A DNA stretch of 64,000 nt from Hydrolagus colliei (Eukaryota). A program made the translations under genes and the position numbers. Below, one piece after another: positions 1 to 11,633 of this stretch. The stretch is taken from NCBI GenBank assembly GCA_035084275.1, contig CM068760.1, positions 62,001 to 126,000 of the forward strand. The letters are read 5' to 3'. The notes beneath the pieces are model-generated. The model was not told where the DNA came from and ran no database searches. It was given only the letters and a program-made list of their open reading frames with translations. The stretch's first letter is position 1; the number at the start of each line of letters is the position of its first letter.

Positions 1-25
1 TTTTTTGGGGTACTGGCAGAACTTA

Positions 26-318
26 ATAATAATAATCCTTGCATTTGATGTAGCACTTTTCACATCTTCTAGGTGCCTCAAAGCGCTTCGCAGAATTTTC
101 ATAGACAATCTTCACAGAATTTTGGACAAAACACGGCAGTCAATTATAGACAGCAGTGGCCCACAAAGTCGTGGATTGAAATAACCAATTTATTTATGTA
201 TTTTTTGTAAGGGATTATTATCAGGCCTGTGAAATAAGGAAACTTGCCCTGACTGGAATTGAACCCGGGTCTCTCGCTTGTAAGGCGAGTGCTCTAACAA
301 CCGAGCTACAGAACTCCC
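26..318 (-). mobile_element. tRNA-derived SINE, near full length (dominant family in window)
   Basis: Minus strand reads GGGAGTTCTGTAGCTCGGTTGTTAGAGC (A box)...GGTTCAATTCC (B box), then the family body and a tail ending CAAATGCAAGGATTATTATTATT; many related copies in window. Confidence 0.85.
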
Positions 319-330
319 AATGCCTACTAC

Positions 331-438
331 ATAATAATCCTTGCATTTGAGGTCGTGCTTTATCAAGACCTCGAAACGCCTCAAAGCGTTTTGCAGAATA
401 TACTGTAAAGTGATTGATTGTATTTTGTGGGCGAAACA
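331..438 (-). mobile_element. SINE 3' fragment (same family)
   Basis: Reverse complement of TTTCGCCCACAAAATACA...CTTTACAGTATATTCTG...AAATGCAAGGATTATTAT. Confidence 0.75.
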
Positions 439-479
439 AATGAAGAGTCTTCAGGGAATAAAGAATGTTTTTCCTTTTG

Positions 480-1238
480 ATCAGGAACCTCGGCATCATG
501 TTCGATCAAAAACTTTCCTTCCTCCCCCACATCCGCGCCTTGACCGGCACCGCTTATTTCCATCTGCGCAATATTGCCAGGCTCCGCAACTATCTCACCC
601 CCCGCGCTGCCAAAACACTCGTGCATGCATACATCACCTCACGGCCGGACTACGGAAACTCTCGTCGGCCTCCCCAGTTCCTCCATTCACAGGCTGCAGG
701 TCATCCAAAACTCTGCAGCCCGTGTACTATCCCGCACCCGCCTCCGCGACCACATAACCCCCACCCTCACCCGTCTCCACTGGCTCCCCATCCTCCAGAG
801 GATCGAGTTCACGGTCCTCGTCCTCACCTACAAGGCCTTACACGGCCTTGCCCCGCCCTATTTAACCGACTTACTCTCCCCCTACACGCCCACCCGGACC
901 CTCCGTTCAACAGGACTTGGCCTGCTCCAAGCCCCCCGCCCGAACCGCCCCACCATCGGAGGCCGGGCCTTCAGTTTCTCCACTCCCACCCTATGGAATG
1001 CCATCCCTCAATCCCTCCGTCTCGTTTCTTCCCTTTCCTTTTTCAAGGTCGGTTTGAAAACTTTCCTCTTCGATCGTGCCTTTTGTTCCACCCCGAATTT
1101 TTCTACCTCCCCTTCGTGTTTTACCCCTTCCCAAACACTCCCCTCTCAGCTCGGGTCACACGCCTCCTGTGCAGCGCCTTGGGACGTCCTCCCGACGTGA
1201 AAGGCCCTCTATAAATGTAATTTATTGTTGTTGTTGTA
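480..1238 (+). mobile_element. L2-clade LINE, 5'-truncated ORF2 C-terminus plus 3' tail
   Basis: Two overlapping frames give RNLGIMFD...YFHLRNIARLR...LVHAYITSR and HITPTLTRLHWLP...YKALHGLAPPYL...GGRAFS...LWN, typical of L2 ORF2 (frameshift near 660); ends in a stem-loop and (TTG)n tail. Confidence 0.9.
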
Positions 1239-1810
1239 TAATTAAAGCATAAGCGCTTTGATAATGCAATTGCTCATCGTTGCCTTGAATATTGCAAAGA
1301 ATCACTTATAATATATTACTTTTACTCAAACAGGAATACTGGCTGGCAGGAGTTGTGAATGCACATATTATTAATAGTCCTTAAAATTTGTAATTTGAAG
1401 TCAACAATCTTTCTTGAAACTGAGCCATAATGATCATCCTTGCATTTTATCTTTGTGACTGATCTTTAAATGGGAGGATGAGCCTTCTAATTTGTCTGTT
1501 AGAAGTCAGTAGAAGCAATAGGGCTTGTAGAGATGAAAAGAGGATATATAAATCTTTGATGTGGGTATTGTGCAAGTTCTTTGCATGGAGTACTGCTCGT
1601 TTCTGGATCATTTTAGTATTTGATTACATTGACCAGTGTTTGGGTGAATTGTTAGAATATTCAGGCGCCCTTCTGAATTTTTGTGTTATGTTGCACATAC
1701 AGTCTGCTTACAAATTGAATGTTTGCCAGGAACTGAAGTACTATAGTTAATGAAATGGTAACCTTGGCTGGTTAGAGGAAAAAAACAATTAAAGCATTTT
1801 TTTTAAAATG

Positions 1811-2095
1811 TCCCCTTTGCCCCCTAACCTCTCCTCCCTTCCCTCCCTCTCTTTCCACTTTCTCCCCCATTTTCCTCCTTTCTTTGCCTCTCTCTGCCCC
1901 CCTCTTTACTTCCCTCGTTCTTTCCCCCTCTTCCCTCCTCTCTCTTCACTCCTCTTTCCCCCTTCCTTTCTCTCGCTCTTTCACCCCTACCCTCTGTTCC
2001 CTTCCTCCCCCCTCCCTCTCTTCCCCCCTTTCTTCCCTCTTCCTTCCCTCTGCTCCCTTTTCCCCATTCTCCCCCCTTTTCTCCCTTTCCTCCCT
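1811..2095. repeat. C/T-rich low-complexity tract
   Basis: About 285 bp of almost pure pyrimidines; source of spurious Pro/Ser/Leu/Phe ORFs. Confidence 0.9.
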
Positions 2096-2104
2096 GATTT
2101 TACC

Positions 2105-2297
2105 CCACCCCACAATTGTTTGTGGGACACTGCTGTGTGCAATTTGGCTTCTGCGTTTTGCCCATACATATACAATTCTCCTACTCTCCTTCCCCCTACC
2201 CCGATCCCTCCCTCGTTCGGGTCCCGACCTGACTGTTCAGTGCCTTGGGACGTCCTCCCAACGTGAAAGGCGCTCTATAAATGTAATTTGTTGTTGT
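2105..2297 (+). mobile_element. SINE body fragment followed by L2 3' tail
   Basis: TGTTTGTGGGACACTGCTGTGTGCAAT (SINE body) then GGGACGTCCTCCCAACGTGAAAGGCGCTCTATAAATGTAATTTGTTGTTG. Confidence 0.7.
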
Positions 2298-3029
2298 GTT
2301 GAAATATTAATACCCATGGATGTCATTTAGTGGATTGATTAATTCACCTAACTGTAATATCAAACATGGTCTGACTGAGTTAGATTTCAGTAGTTTTAAG
2401 AACTGAATGAAGTATGTGTTTATGTGGGTTTCTAACATCAGATATTTGATGATCAAATCATATAATTATTCAACACAGAAGGAGATCATTTGGCCTATCG
2501 TGTCTATGCCAGATGTTTAGTTTGCCAATAAAGGAACCTTTGTGCAGTAGTTAACTGATAATCTGAGTAGGGATGAAAGTAAAAAAATAATTGTAGATGT
2601 TGCATTCTTCCTAATGCTGCTGATTTTTTTTTGCTCAAATGTGTGCAGTTTTAGAATTATTGGCTGTTGTATTTTGAATTTTAAGTAGGTGACATCAAAA
2701 GTTTTCAGATTTTATAATGCATACTGTTATTTCACCTTCAAAAACAGTTATTTTCCAAATGCTTGCTATTACAAATTTAGTTTGGGATGCCTCTTTATTA
2801 AATGGTTAATTAATTCAGGAGTTTTTAATGTTGAATACTGCCACCCGGATGGGGAAGAAGAGGGTTAACTTGGTATGTTTTAATTTCTGAAAGTTTGAAA
2901 TTTTAAGGTAAAGAGTTTCACTTGAAACACTGGCATTCAATTAAATGGTATGTTCTATAAATTCATAATTGTAGTTCAAATATTAAACCAAGCTTCTACA
3001 GCTGGAGACCAAAGTACTGTACTGTCTTT

Positions 3030-3290
3030 AAGTTTCTAAAGGGGCAAGACAATTTAGATCATGACGGGCTGTTTCAATTTGTCCAGAATAGTGAAACCAG
3101 AGGACATGGCCTGAGATTGAATGTGGGGGTAAATTCAGAACGAATATACACAAACACTATTTCAGTGTGCAAATATTGAATCTGTGGAATGGGCTCCCGA
3201 GGGTACCTGTTGAAGCAGGGTGTGTTGATTCTTTCAAACACACATTAGATTGTTTTATTAGGAAATATCATTATGCGATATAGTAGTTTG
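3030..3290 (+). mobile_element. CR1-type LINE 3' fragment, degenerate
   Basis: Translates in pieces to ETRGHGLRL...KHYFS..LNLWNGLP...VEAGCVDSFK..LD, the CR1 ORF2 C-terminus. Confidence 0.75.
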
Positions 3291-5729
3291 GGATATATAC
3301 GCATGTGTTTGCCGGAAAGGTAGAAGGTGAGCTTGGTGACTTTTTTCATCTAGCATTTCTTACGTTCAATGGTTAATGATAGATAAAGTTGGAGTGAAGT
3401 TCAATTTCATTTTTGGATCACAGAACCAAAAGAATTAGGAGTAGTCGTTATATTTTAGTTTCAAATTGGCAATGAAATCATTTTTGTAAGCAGCTTGCTT
3501 TTTTTCTGTAGCTGTGTGTGCAAACAGAGTCATGATCTGATAAGCTCAGAGTCTGTATAGTTTTTAATGAACGGAGAACTCTGTGTTGGTTAGTAATCCA
3601 TTTAAAATTTAGGTGATGTTATAAACCATCAGTAGAACTCGTGCAGTTTTAAAAGTCACCAGAGCGTCAAGATTGGATTAGTGTCTTGTTCGTTTTAAAG
3701 GTATGGTTTTTTATGCTGCTATGAGTTTCATAAATGTTTTATTTCACTGAATTTGCATTTGGGGTGGTGGTGGGTGGGGAGAGAACATATCACTTCATCA
3801 TCCAGTGGCAACATCTTGGGACACAGAAGGAAGTTTTCTGTACTCTACCAATTATATGGTCTTAGCTTCCAATCTCATCCCACTATCTGAATGCATTCTA
3901 CAGTTCTCTTTTCACACATAAGGCATTATTATGTTCCCTTGTGTCCACCAATAAATGGGTGGAGGCATGAGAATTAGAACCCTTGAGAACTGGTAGAGTA
4001 ATTTCAAATTGTTTATATTGGGATCAATTTGGAAATTTCTATGTTCTCATTTATTATTCCTTAAACTGTTAGAAAAAACAATTTAAAGGTTATTACAATC
4101 TAAAAGATTGTATAGTATTCGTTTAATGTTCTGACAGGAAATTAAATGGTGGATGTATTAAATGGCTCTAGGATTTATCAAGTATCTGAGAGGGATTAGA
4201 TTAGCTAGTCTTTGCTAAACTAGTCAATGTCGGTTCTAGCCTGTGAGCACTTCTCTATTTTTCTATTCTCTAATTATTTGCACAATTTCTCTGCTTCGTT
4301 GCCTAGTTTTGTTTTGCTTATCACATTCTACCTCTTGCATTTTAGTTCTGTTTAGATCTTGCATAATAATGCAGATCTGATAAGTATAGAAACTATGTGT
4401 ATTTCTGGCAGTAACAGACCAGATTCAACAAGAAATGCACTTAACCAAAAATCTATTGGTAATTCCTTCATCTTTTGAAATTTTTGTGGTGGTCATTACT
4501 ACTTGTATTCATAATTTCAGGGCCTGCAGGTGTCATTATCTGGCATCAAACTACTAGTCCTAGTACTGGACTGTTGGGGTTCACTTTATTTTGTATGAAA
4601 TTTAACATTTAAAGTTTTCATCAATAATGGGTGGACAGCTGTCAAGTATAGCTCTGAAACAGAATATTCACTAGCTGCAAATGAAGTCTGGAAAATTGCC
4701 TCGACAAATATAAATAGCAGTTTCCCTAAGCAAGTCAGTTGTGTGTATTATTATGATCACATACTGATAAGTGAACATATTTGATATATATCTAATAAAA
4801 TACCAGAATGCCTATTGCTCTAATATTTAGGCAGCACAGATGAAATGTTAACATTTTAAATGAACCTTTTAACATGTGCTTGCTCCCTTTTTATCCTATT
4901 TTCTGCCTTATTTTGAGTTATTTCTTTTGCCTTACTTAATCTGCCACAACTTCCCTTTCTAACCTTTTCCTTTTTGCTAATGCTGTGTTTTGAATCTTGT
5001 ACTTACCTCTTTTCTTCTTTCTTCCAGCCCTGACCGCCCATTTTGGAGGTGGGAGCATTTTTTTTAATATAAAGAAGGCTTTTAGTTGGCTAAAATACTG
5101 AATTAGATGCATTTTAACAACTGATCAAATGCCTTAAACACTTTTAATGAATCTAGATTTATAGTCTTACCATGAGAGATTCCAAAGCAGTCATTTGTAA
5201 AATCATATCCAAATGGAGCTGCTATCAACTCTTATCTGTGCCCATTCAAGTAATCCTGTCTGGTCCTCAAAGGGTTCAATGGTTGCCAATGCAATAAAAT
5301 TGTGTACTCTAATTGAATAGTTATCCGACTGTAAAGGTTATCTAAACTTTTGAGATTTTAGCCTTAATAAAGGGGCTAGATAAATCACAGCAAAACACTT
5401 GAGTATGAACTTGTCGTCAATAAACATGTGATCACAGCAATCTTAAGATGCATGTATTGTGCCTCTGCCAAATAGTTTTACTCTTTGATGTGAAATCTTT
5501 GAAAACAAATTCTTTTTAAACTCTTCGACTGACTGCTGGATGTGTCTTGTCTCTTGTAACGTTTTTGTTCAATTTCAACTCAATTGGAAATGTAGTAACT
5601 TTAATTTTGTAACAAAACTAAAACACCAGTATAGTTGCATTATTTAATCCACCAAAGCAAATTTAAAACTTAAAAAATCTTTATCTGTGCTACCTCGCCC
5701 TTTCCTCTGTGTTCTGTTTTCCCATTCTT

Positions 5730-6060
5730 AAAACTACTACTGTACTTGGATTTATGTAGCGCCCTCCACTCAGACAGTGTCTCAGAGTGTTTAAAAAGAG
5801 GATCCTGAGACCGAGCCAGGAGGAAGGTGACCGTAGGCATGGTCAAACAGAAAGGATGGGATGAGGCAGAGGGATTGAGGGAGGGAGATCCAGAGTTTGG
5901 GGTATAGTGACTGAAGGCTGCCAATGGTGGAGTGGGGGAAAGGCCAGGTCCAGTAGAGCGGAGGCAGGGTGTACTGCTGTGAGGAGAGGGGAGGTTAGAG
6001 AGGTAGGGGGATGTAGAGGAGTGGAGGGATTTAAACATGAGAGTGAGGATCTTGAAGTCA
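5730..6060 (-). mobile_element. L2 LINE 3' fragment
   Basis: Minus-strand FKSLH...PYL...LRSTGPGL matches the L2 copy at 480-1238; tail CTCTGAG..GGAGGGCGCTACATAAAT. Confidence 0.7.
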
Positions 6061-7044
6061 GTTTTTTGCTATTCCCTATTTTAATTTTCAAATTTACTTA
6101 GCTTTATCCCACTTCTATCAAGCATTTTAGATGATTAATACTTGCTAAAATTTGCTTTTACGTTTGCAGCCACTGAATACCAAGTGTCGACAATTGATAT
6201 GGCTTTGAATAGAGGTGACCAGGCCAATCACTGACGATTTTGCTTTCAAAATAGGAAGTACATGCAGTAACCCAAATTAATTGGTGTCTCAACCAGATGA
6301 GTGATCTTGGCGGTTCTTTTGTGTCAAAACATGGCAATTAAAGAACATTGCTTTCATTGAAGTGTTGCAAAACTTGTCAGATCTTTATGAATCTTTTCTC
6401 AGTTGTTAGGAAATTTTATTTTTAAATGATTGGTTTGGTGGGAGTTTCTTTCTCATAGCATTGAAGCTGAAGGATCATTGTGAATCTAGTCCTGTTTTGT
6501 ACAGGCAAATACATGGTTCAACACAAAATGAGAATTGCCTTCAATCCTAAGGAGTTTATTGAATTAAATTGAGGAGGAAATTAGCTATTTTCTATGCAGT
6601 TTGCTTCTTTTGCGTGTTAGCGCAGATGGGTGTTTAGTGTAAGAAATTTAAAGTGATTGCTGCTTTTTCCTGCACTACCACTGTCTATTTTAAAGAGAGC
6701 TTTTCTGGTCTATGCATTGCTTCTGCAATGAAAACAAGTAGCAATTTGAGAGGATAAATTAAATGGGGGTTCCTGACATTTTCTTTAGATATTTGTCTGC
6801 AGTGACTTGGAACCTGTGACTAAATTTGAGCATTATTTGAAAGGTTACTTCCTGAATGCTTTTTTTTGCTACTCTTTATAGCTTCAGCATTTTAAGTGAA
6901 AAGATGACCGAAAGCTACAGGCTTAAAACACTAGATAAGTGTTGCTGTAACATACTAAAATTGTATATGGATTACTTTTCAATCCACGTAGTGTGCCATT
7001 TAGCACCATTTTAAACTTACCTTTTTCGTTTTTTTTTGTCCTAG

Positions 7045-7161
7045 ATGTTTCAGATGGCTGGAAGATCCACACAGTAGATGCCTTGCAGGAAAGACCATGT
7101 CTTGCCATCTGTTTAAGTGATGGAGAGACCTTCCTAAAATAAGCAGTGATCTACTTAAAAG
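7045..7161 (+). other. SRSF2: SRSF2 3'-UTR exon upstream of the retained terminal intron
   Basis: Acceptor TTTTTTTGTCCTAG|ATGT and weak donor TAAAAG|GTTATT match the recalled human SRSF2 boundaries (CCTAG|ATGT, GAAAAG|GTTATT); no coding exon of SRSF2 in window. Confidence 0.7.
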
Positions 7162-7495
7162 GTTATTATAACATCATTGTTTATAATAGGTTTTTTGTCA
7201 GTTTAAAGTCTTGAATTTAAATTAGTGTCTGTGAAGGCTCACTATATGTTATGTGCCATCTATGTTACTATTACTTAAACTTCTTACAATTTAGTGAAAT
7301 GCTCGACATCAGATTCATTTTGGCTTGGATATGTACATAAGGTAAAAAGGCATGAAATGTATTTCCAGATTTTGTAACGTTTCTTTCTGTATACTGAAAT
7401 AATTATCTTTAAAATTTTGACTTTGCATATGTTTTTTTTTCATTTTATTCCAGTCCAATACTAATCTCATTGTCTCATGTATTTTTGTGCACTAG
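7162..7495 (+). other. SRSF2: SRSF2 retained terminal 3'-UTR intron (334 nt)
   Basis: GT...AG; branch point TACTAAT 7459-7465; ends ATGTATTTTTGTGCACTAG as recalled for human SRSF2; internal block TATGTGCCAT...AATTTAGTGA...CAGATT..TTGGATAT also similar. Confidence 0.75.
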
Positions 7496-7885
7496 GCGCA
7501 GTTGTGTAGCAGTTCTGTAAAGCGGGTTAGCTGTAAGGTGGCGTGTTGCAGTGCAGTGCAGAGTGCTTGGCTGTGTCCTGTATTCTCCTGATTGCTCCTG
7601 TAATGATGCCTTGACGTGCAGAAAATATGGCTGTCCAGTAAAATGCCTATCAGCTGCACCTCCAGAGACCTGGCTGCGTGTAAAATTTGGAGCAGGCAGT
7701 AAGCACCTCTAGCTACCTTGTTTCTTGTACTTGTTAATGTGGTTTATACATTTACACATGGAACACAATGTTTAGAAGGCTGTTAATTATTGAATTTCAT
7801 TGTAATTAACAGTTATATTTGCTTCAAAACATAAAATCCTGTACTTCTGTAATGCTATTAAAGATTTTCCTTGGTGTTAATTGTT
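7496..7885 (+). other. SRSF2: SRSF2 terminal non-coding exon with highly conserved 5' segment and ATTAAA poly(A) signal (7857-7862)
   Basis: GCGCAGTTGTGTAGCAGTT...GGTTAGCTGTAAGGTGGCGTGTTGCAGTGCAG..AGTGCTTGGCTG closely matches the recalled mammalian SRSF2 3' UTR; convergent with METTL23 as on human 17q25; 3' end approximate. Confidence 0.85.
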
Positions 7886-9184
7886 CTAAATTTAATTGTG
7901 ACTAATGGGGCTGTATTTAGAAAACTTTTGAAAATATTAATGGTGGATGGTGGGTATTAACATTATGGGAGATTGCAAATGTAAATTGAACATTGATTTA
8001 CCAAAACTATTGTAAATCCTTTTGAATAATGTGGACCTCTGCCCTAATTTCTTTTGAATTCTTGCCTTTTTCTGTTGAGAGTTACACTATGCAGAACAAA
8101 CCCATTGGAGCTCCAAGCTTAAACCTAAGATATTTCATTTTCGATAGTGATAAGTTTTTATTTCAGCAATAAGGTACTTCACTTCCTCTGAAGATATCAG
8201 ACGTAGAGAATTTGGAAAAACAATGTCAGCTGTTTGAAGAATCAAGTGTGTTTGATCCTGGATTTCAGAACCAAGCCTTAATCTCTGAATCCCTTTTGAG
8301 TTGGGGTGGGTTTTAATTTAAGTGAGATTTTTAAGGCCAGTTTCATGTGTTGAAATTTTGTCCTTGTTCAGGATATATTGAAGTTGTATAACTTTTTTTC
8401 TTCTGCAATTTAATGTTTTAAATAACTTCCCTTTAGCATTTTTTTGTATTCAAGACTTGTTTCAAACATTCAAAGGAAATCTCTTCAGGACTAGTTAAAT
8501 ATCATCATGTTATGTTTAGACTACAGGGTATTGTAGAACTGTTTCACACAATAAGTGGTTTTACAACACATCTGATTCACATATACTGGCGGTAAAACAG
8601 AAAAGACTGCATCTGAAAACTCAGGATTGTTAGTTGAATCTGCTGTCTGTAGACTATTCCTTGATGTGTTGCAAGGGTCCATACTGGAGAAAACAGCATG
8701 ATCCGCCTGTTTGAGTAGGTTTTCCATCCAAATAAAAGGCACATCACACAGCTGGCACCAGAGAAAGGTAAAGGAACTTTATTAACTTTCTGCCTCCAGA
8801 GAAACCAAGAAAAACATCTTGGGTGGTGCTTTGAGTCTCCAGAGACTGCAAAACCATTTTGTTTACCTGAGGGGATAGTGAGGTAAGTCATTAATGAACT
8901 GGTAGATGCACATGCAGTTTGGTGTGGGGCAGGCAAAACTTAATTGCTAAATTCAGATGTTGATAATATAATCTATTTTGGATACTATGAATGCTTCCAG
9001 GGTTTCATGATAGAGGCATCTAGGATCCGTACAGTGCCTTCCCACTACTTGCAAATTTAAACATTTGAGAACTTTACATTTGGTAAAATGCAAGCTAATA
9101 TTTACTCATTGAGTTGAATTCCTGAAATCCTCATTTTACGAGCCTAACCAAAACATTTGGTAAAATGGAACACTACAAAGTATG

Positions 9185-9762
9185 TCATGCATCTTGATCT
9201 GGCTTACATCTGGATGTTTTGCACAAGTCTTGCTACTGCATTTGTCACATCGAGGCTCGACTATGGAAACTCCCTCCTCGTCGGCCTTCCCAACTCTTCC
9301 ATTCACAAGCTGTAGATCATCCAGAACTCTTGACTACATCACTCACACCCTTGCCCGGCTCCATTGGTTCCCCATCCCCCAGAGGATCGAATTCAACATC
9401 CTCGTCCTCACTTTCAAGGTAATTCGTGGCCTTGCCCCTTCCTATCTCCAACCTGCTGACTCACTATAAACCCGCCTGCCCCTTCCGTTCAACAGGTCTG
9501 CTCCATGTCCCCCCGCCCTGCCATCAGACAGGCTTTCAGCCTTTCTGCCCCCACACTTTGGAACTTCCACAGTCTTCGCCTCACTTCCTCCCTTGCCTCC
9601 ATCAAGACTGGTCTCAAGACCCTCATCTTCAATCGTGTCTTTTGCCACTCTCCCATCTTCCCTGCCCCTCCCCCTTGCTTGGGTCCCAACCAAGGGTTCA
9701 GCGCTTTGGATGGTCCACCCGACATGAAAGGTGCTCTCTACATGTAATTTTGTTATTGTTGT
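9185..9762 (+). mobile_element. L2 LINE 3' fragment, degenerate
   Basis: YITHTLARLHWFPIPQRIEFNILVLTFKVIRGLAPSYL; [11 protein letters not shown]; L2 tail. Confidence 0.85.
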
Positions 9763-11464
9763 ACTGTATAAATTGCTCCTGCACTGAGACAATTCTTAAT
9801 TGAATATTTCTACTGTACTAGTGTGGTCCACTCAATGTAATTTCTATTCTACAAAGTGGGGATACTACCTCTTGGCCCCTATTCTCTAATTGAACAGTGG
9901 TTTCTATCTTTCTATCATATTAATGTTGACACATTTTTTGGGCGACAACAGAGTATTAGCAACATTAAAGCTTGTGGTTGCTTACACCTCATGTTTGCTA
10001 AGTTTTAAGAATTTTCAGAATGACCAAATTAATGACTAGCCAGAAATAGATCAATACTACTTGTGCACATGTGGCACCCCACATGAAGTCACGTGCAGAT
10101 ATCGGTTATTCCTTAAACTTAGAAATTGATCATTCCAAAGCTCTGTTCCTCTGTGATTAATGAAGTGATCATGCTTTGTAGAAACCAAGGAAGAATTTCC
10201 CCCCCCCCCCCCCACCTCAAAAAAAAATGTTGACTTGTTTTAATGTTTGCTAGAAAAGTTCTGTTTCAGCTTGTCATTTTTGATTTAACTGGTTAAACGG
10301 CGGGCAGTTAAATATGCCATTTGGCGATTTAACTAAACATGATCACTTTTATTGAGTGGAATTCTCTCTAGAGCAATGGTGGTTAACCTATGGTCAATGG
10401 GTTGTCAAGTAGATGTCCATTGAGGGTTTTCATGAGTAACTAAGTCCTTGTTGTTGTTGATTGATTTATGCCATAGATATTTTAAAAAATCACATCCAGA
10501 GGACGTCTTAAGGTGCTGAAGCCTCTAGAGGGGTCAGCCAATAAATAAAATGTTTACGTGTGAGGAGCAGATGAGGAGTCTGTGAAAATCTTCCACTGTA
10601 TTTTAACAACAAAATTGCATGTGTATTGCTCTTTTCATGTTGGGAGGGCTTCACAAGATGCTGGACAGACAATTTTTCAGACCCGAGGTGAGTGGGGGGG
10701 GGGTGGAGTGGCAGGATTGGGGAGGATGGGGGTCATGTTGGGGGGAAAGAAAGGTGACCTGAGCCACTACCAAAGAGGGGTCTTGAAGGGGTCCAGGTAG
10801 GGGGATTGTGGGATGAGGTTCCAGAGATTTAAAAACTACAGTATTTCATATAATTTGAGTGTTTTGAGTTTCGTTCTGTTCCTGTTAAATTCTGTAAGCT
10901 GAAGCCCTAATGAGCAGTGTGATTCTAGCTGGACAAGCAGTGGGTTGTGATGGAAATCTCAGCAATTTGCAACATCACTCCTCTGCACTTATGCACTCCC
11001 ATTGTGCCTCCTGAAAAGCTTTCAAATTAGTATTTGTATAACAGGTGAACTATGATGAGCTGGATTGAGTCGGCATATCAAGTATGGGCCTGACAGGTTT
11101 GGGTTGCGGATAATAATTGTTATTTTAAATAATAACTAATTATCACAATACCGTGTGAGAGTAGCCTACCTCCTTTGTTGTGCAAGTAGTTGCAGAGTAC
11201 GGTGTTGCCTTAAGGCTGCATTATTGTTGTGCTTTTGGAGTATAGGGAATATGCATTTCATGAGGAGCAAAGATTGAAGGTATTTTATTTTGTCTAAAAA
11301 CAAAGTACAAGGTAGTAATGGTGGAAATGCATTGTTCTAAAATTGATCACATATGATACAGCTATTTACAAAGGCTCTGGTCAAAGATATCTATTATCCC
11401 CATTGTCGAGTAAATTTTCTATAACAATGGAAGCATGGTAATCATTTGTTTTGCACTAACTACA

Positions 11465-11633
11465 TCATGGATGAAGTTTGGTCTTTAAACTGATGAGCAT
11501 CATGTGAATTGTGTGATTTCCAGGAAGACTTGATCCAGCAAGATGTTCTTTATCTGCACTAAATGTCTTTAATGAAACATGAATGCATTTCAAATTCCAC
11601 TTGTGTAGCAATGCTTCAATTGACCAGTCCGCA
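11465..11633 (-). CDS. METTL23: METTL23 coding exon 5 (ADWSIEALLHKWNLKC...KTKLHP*)
   Basis: CTTTTAG acceptor, TGA at 11467-11465; AATAAA on minus strand at 11289-11284. Confidence 0.9.

Noticed and set aside
240-318. tRNA-like sequences (also ~30128, 31087, 43272, 45935, 60515)
   Set aside because: They are SINE heads: they lack a complete cloverleaf and most run directly into the SINE body or are diverged fragments
1808-2330. Long Pro/Ser/Leu/Phe-rich ORFs
   Set aside because: Artefacts of pyrimidine low-complexity sequence; the same applies to GC/GT-rich ORFs at 16908-17566 and 41508-42518 outside the called exons
8520-8940. Overlapping minus-strand ORFs and a strong GAG|GTAAGT donor at ~8883
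   Set aside because: No recognisable protein and no convincing acceptor; not enough support for an exon
10520-10538. CCTCTAGAGGGG CTCF-like site
   Set aside because: Mismatch at the conserved C of the GGC end; too weak to call
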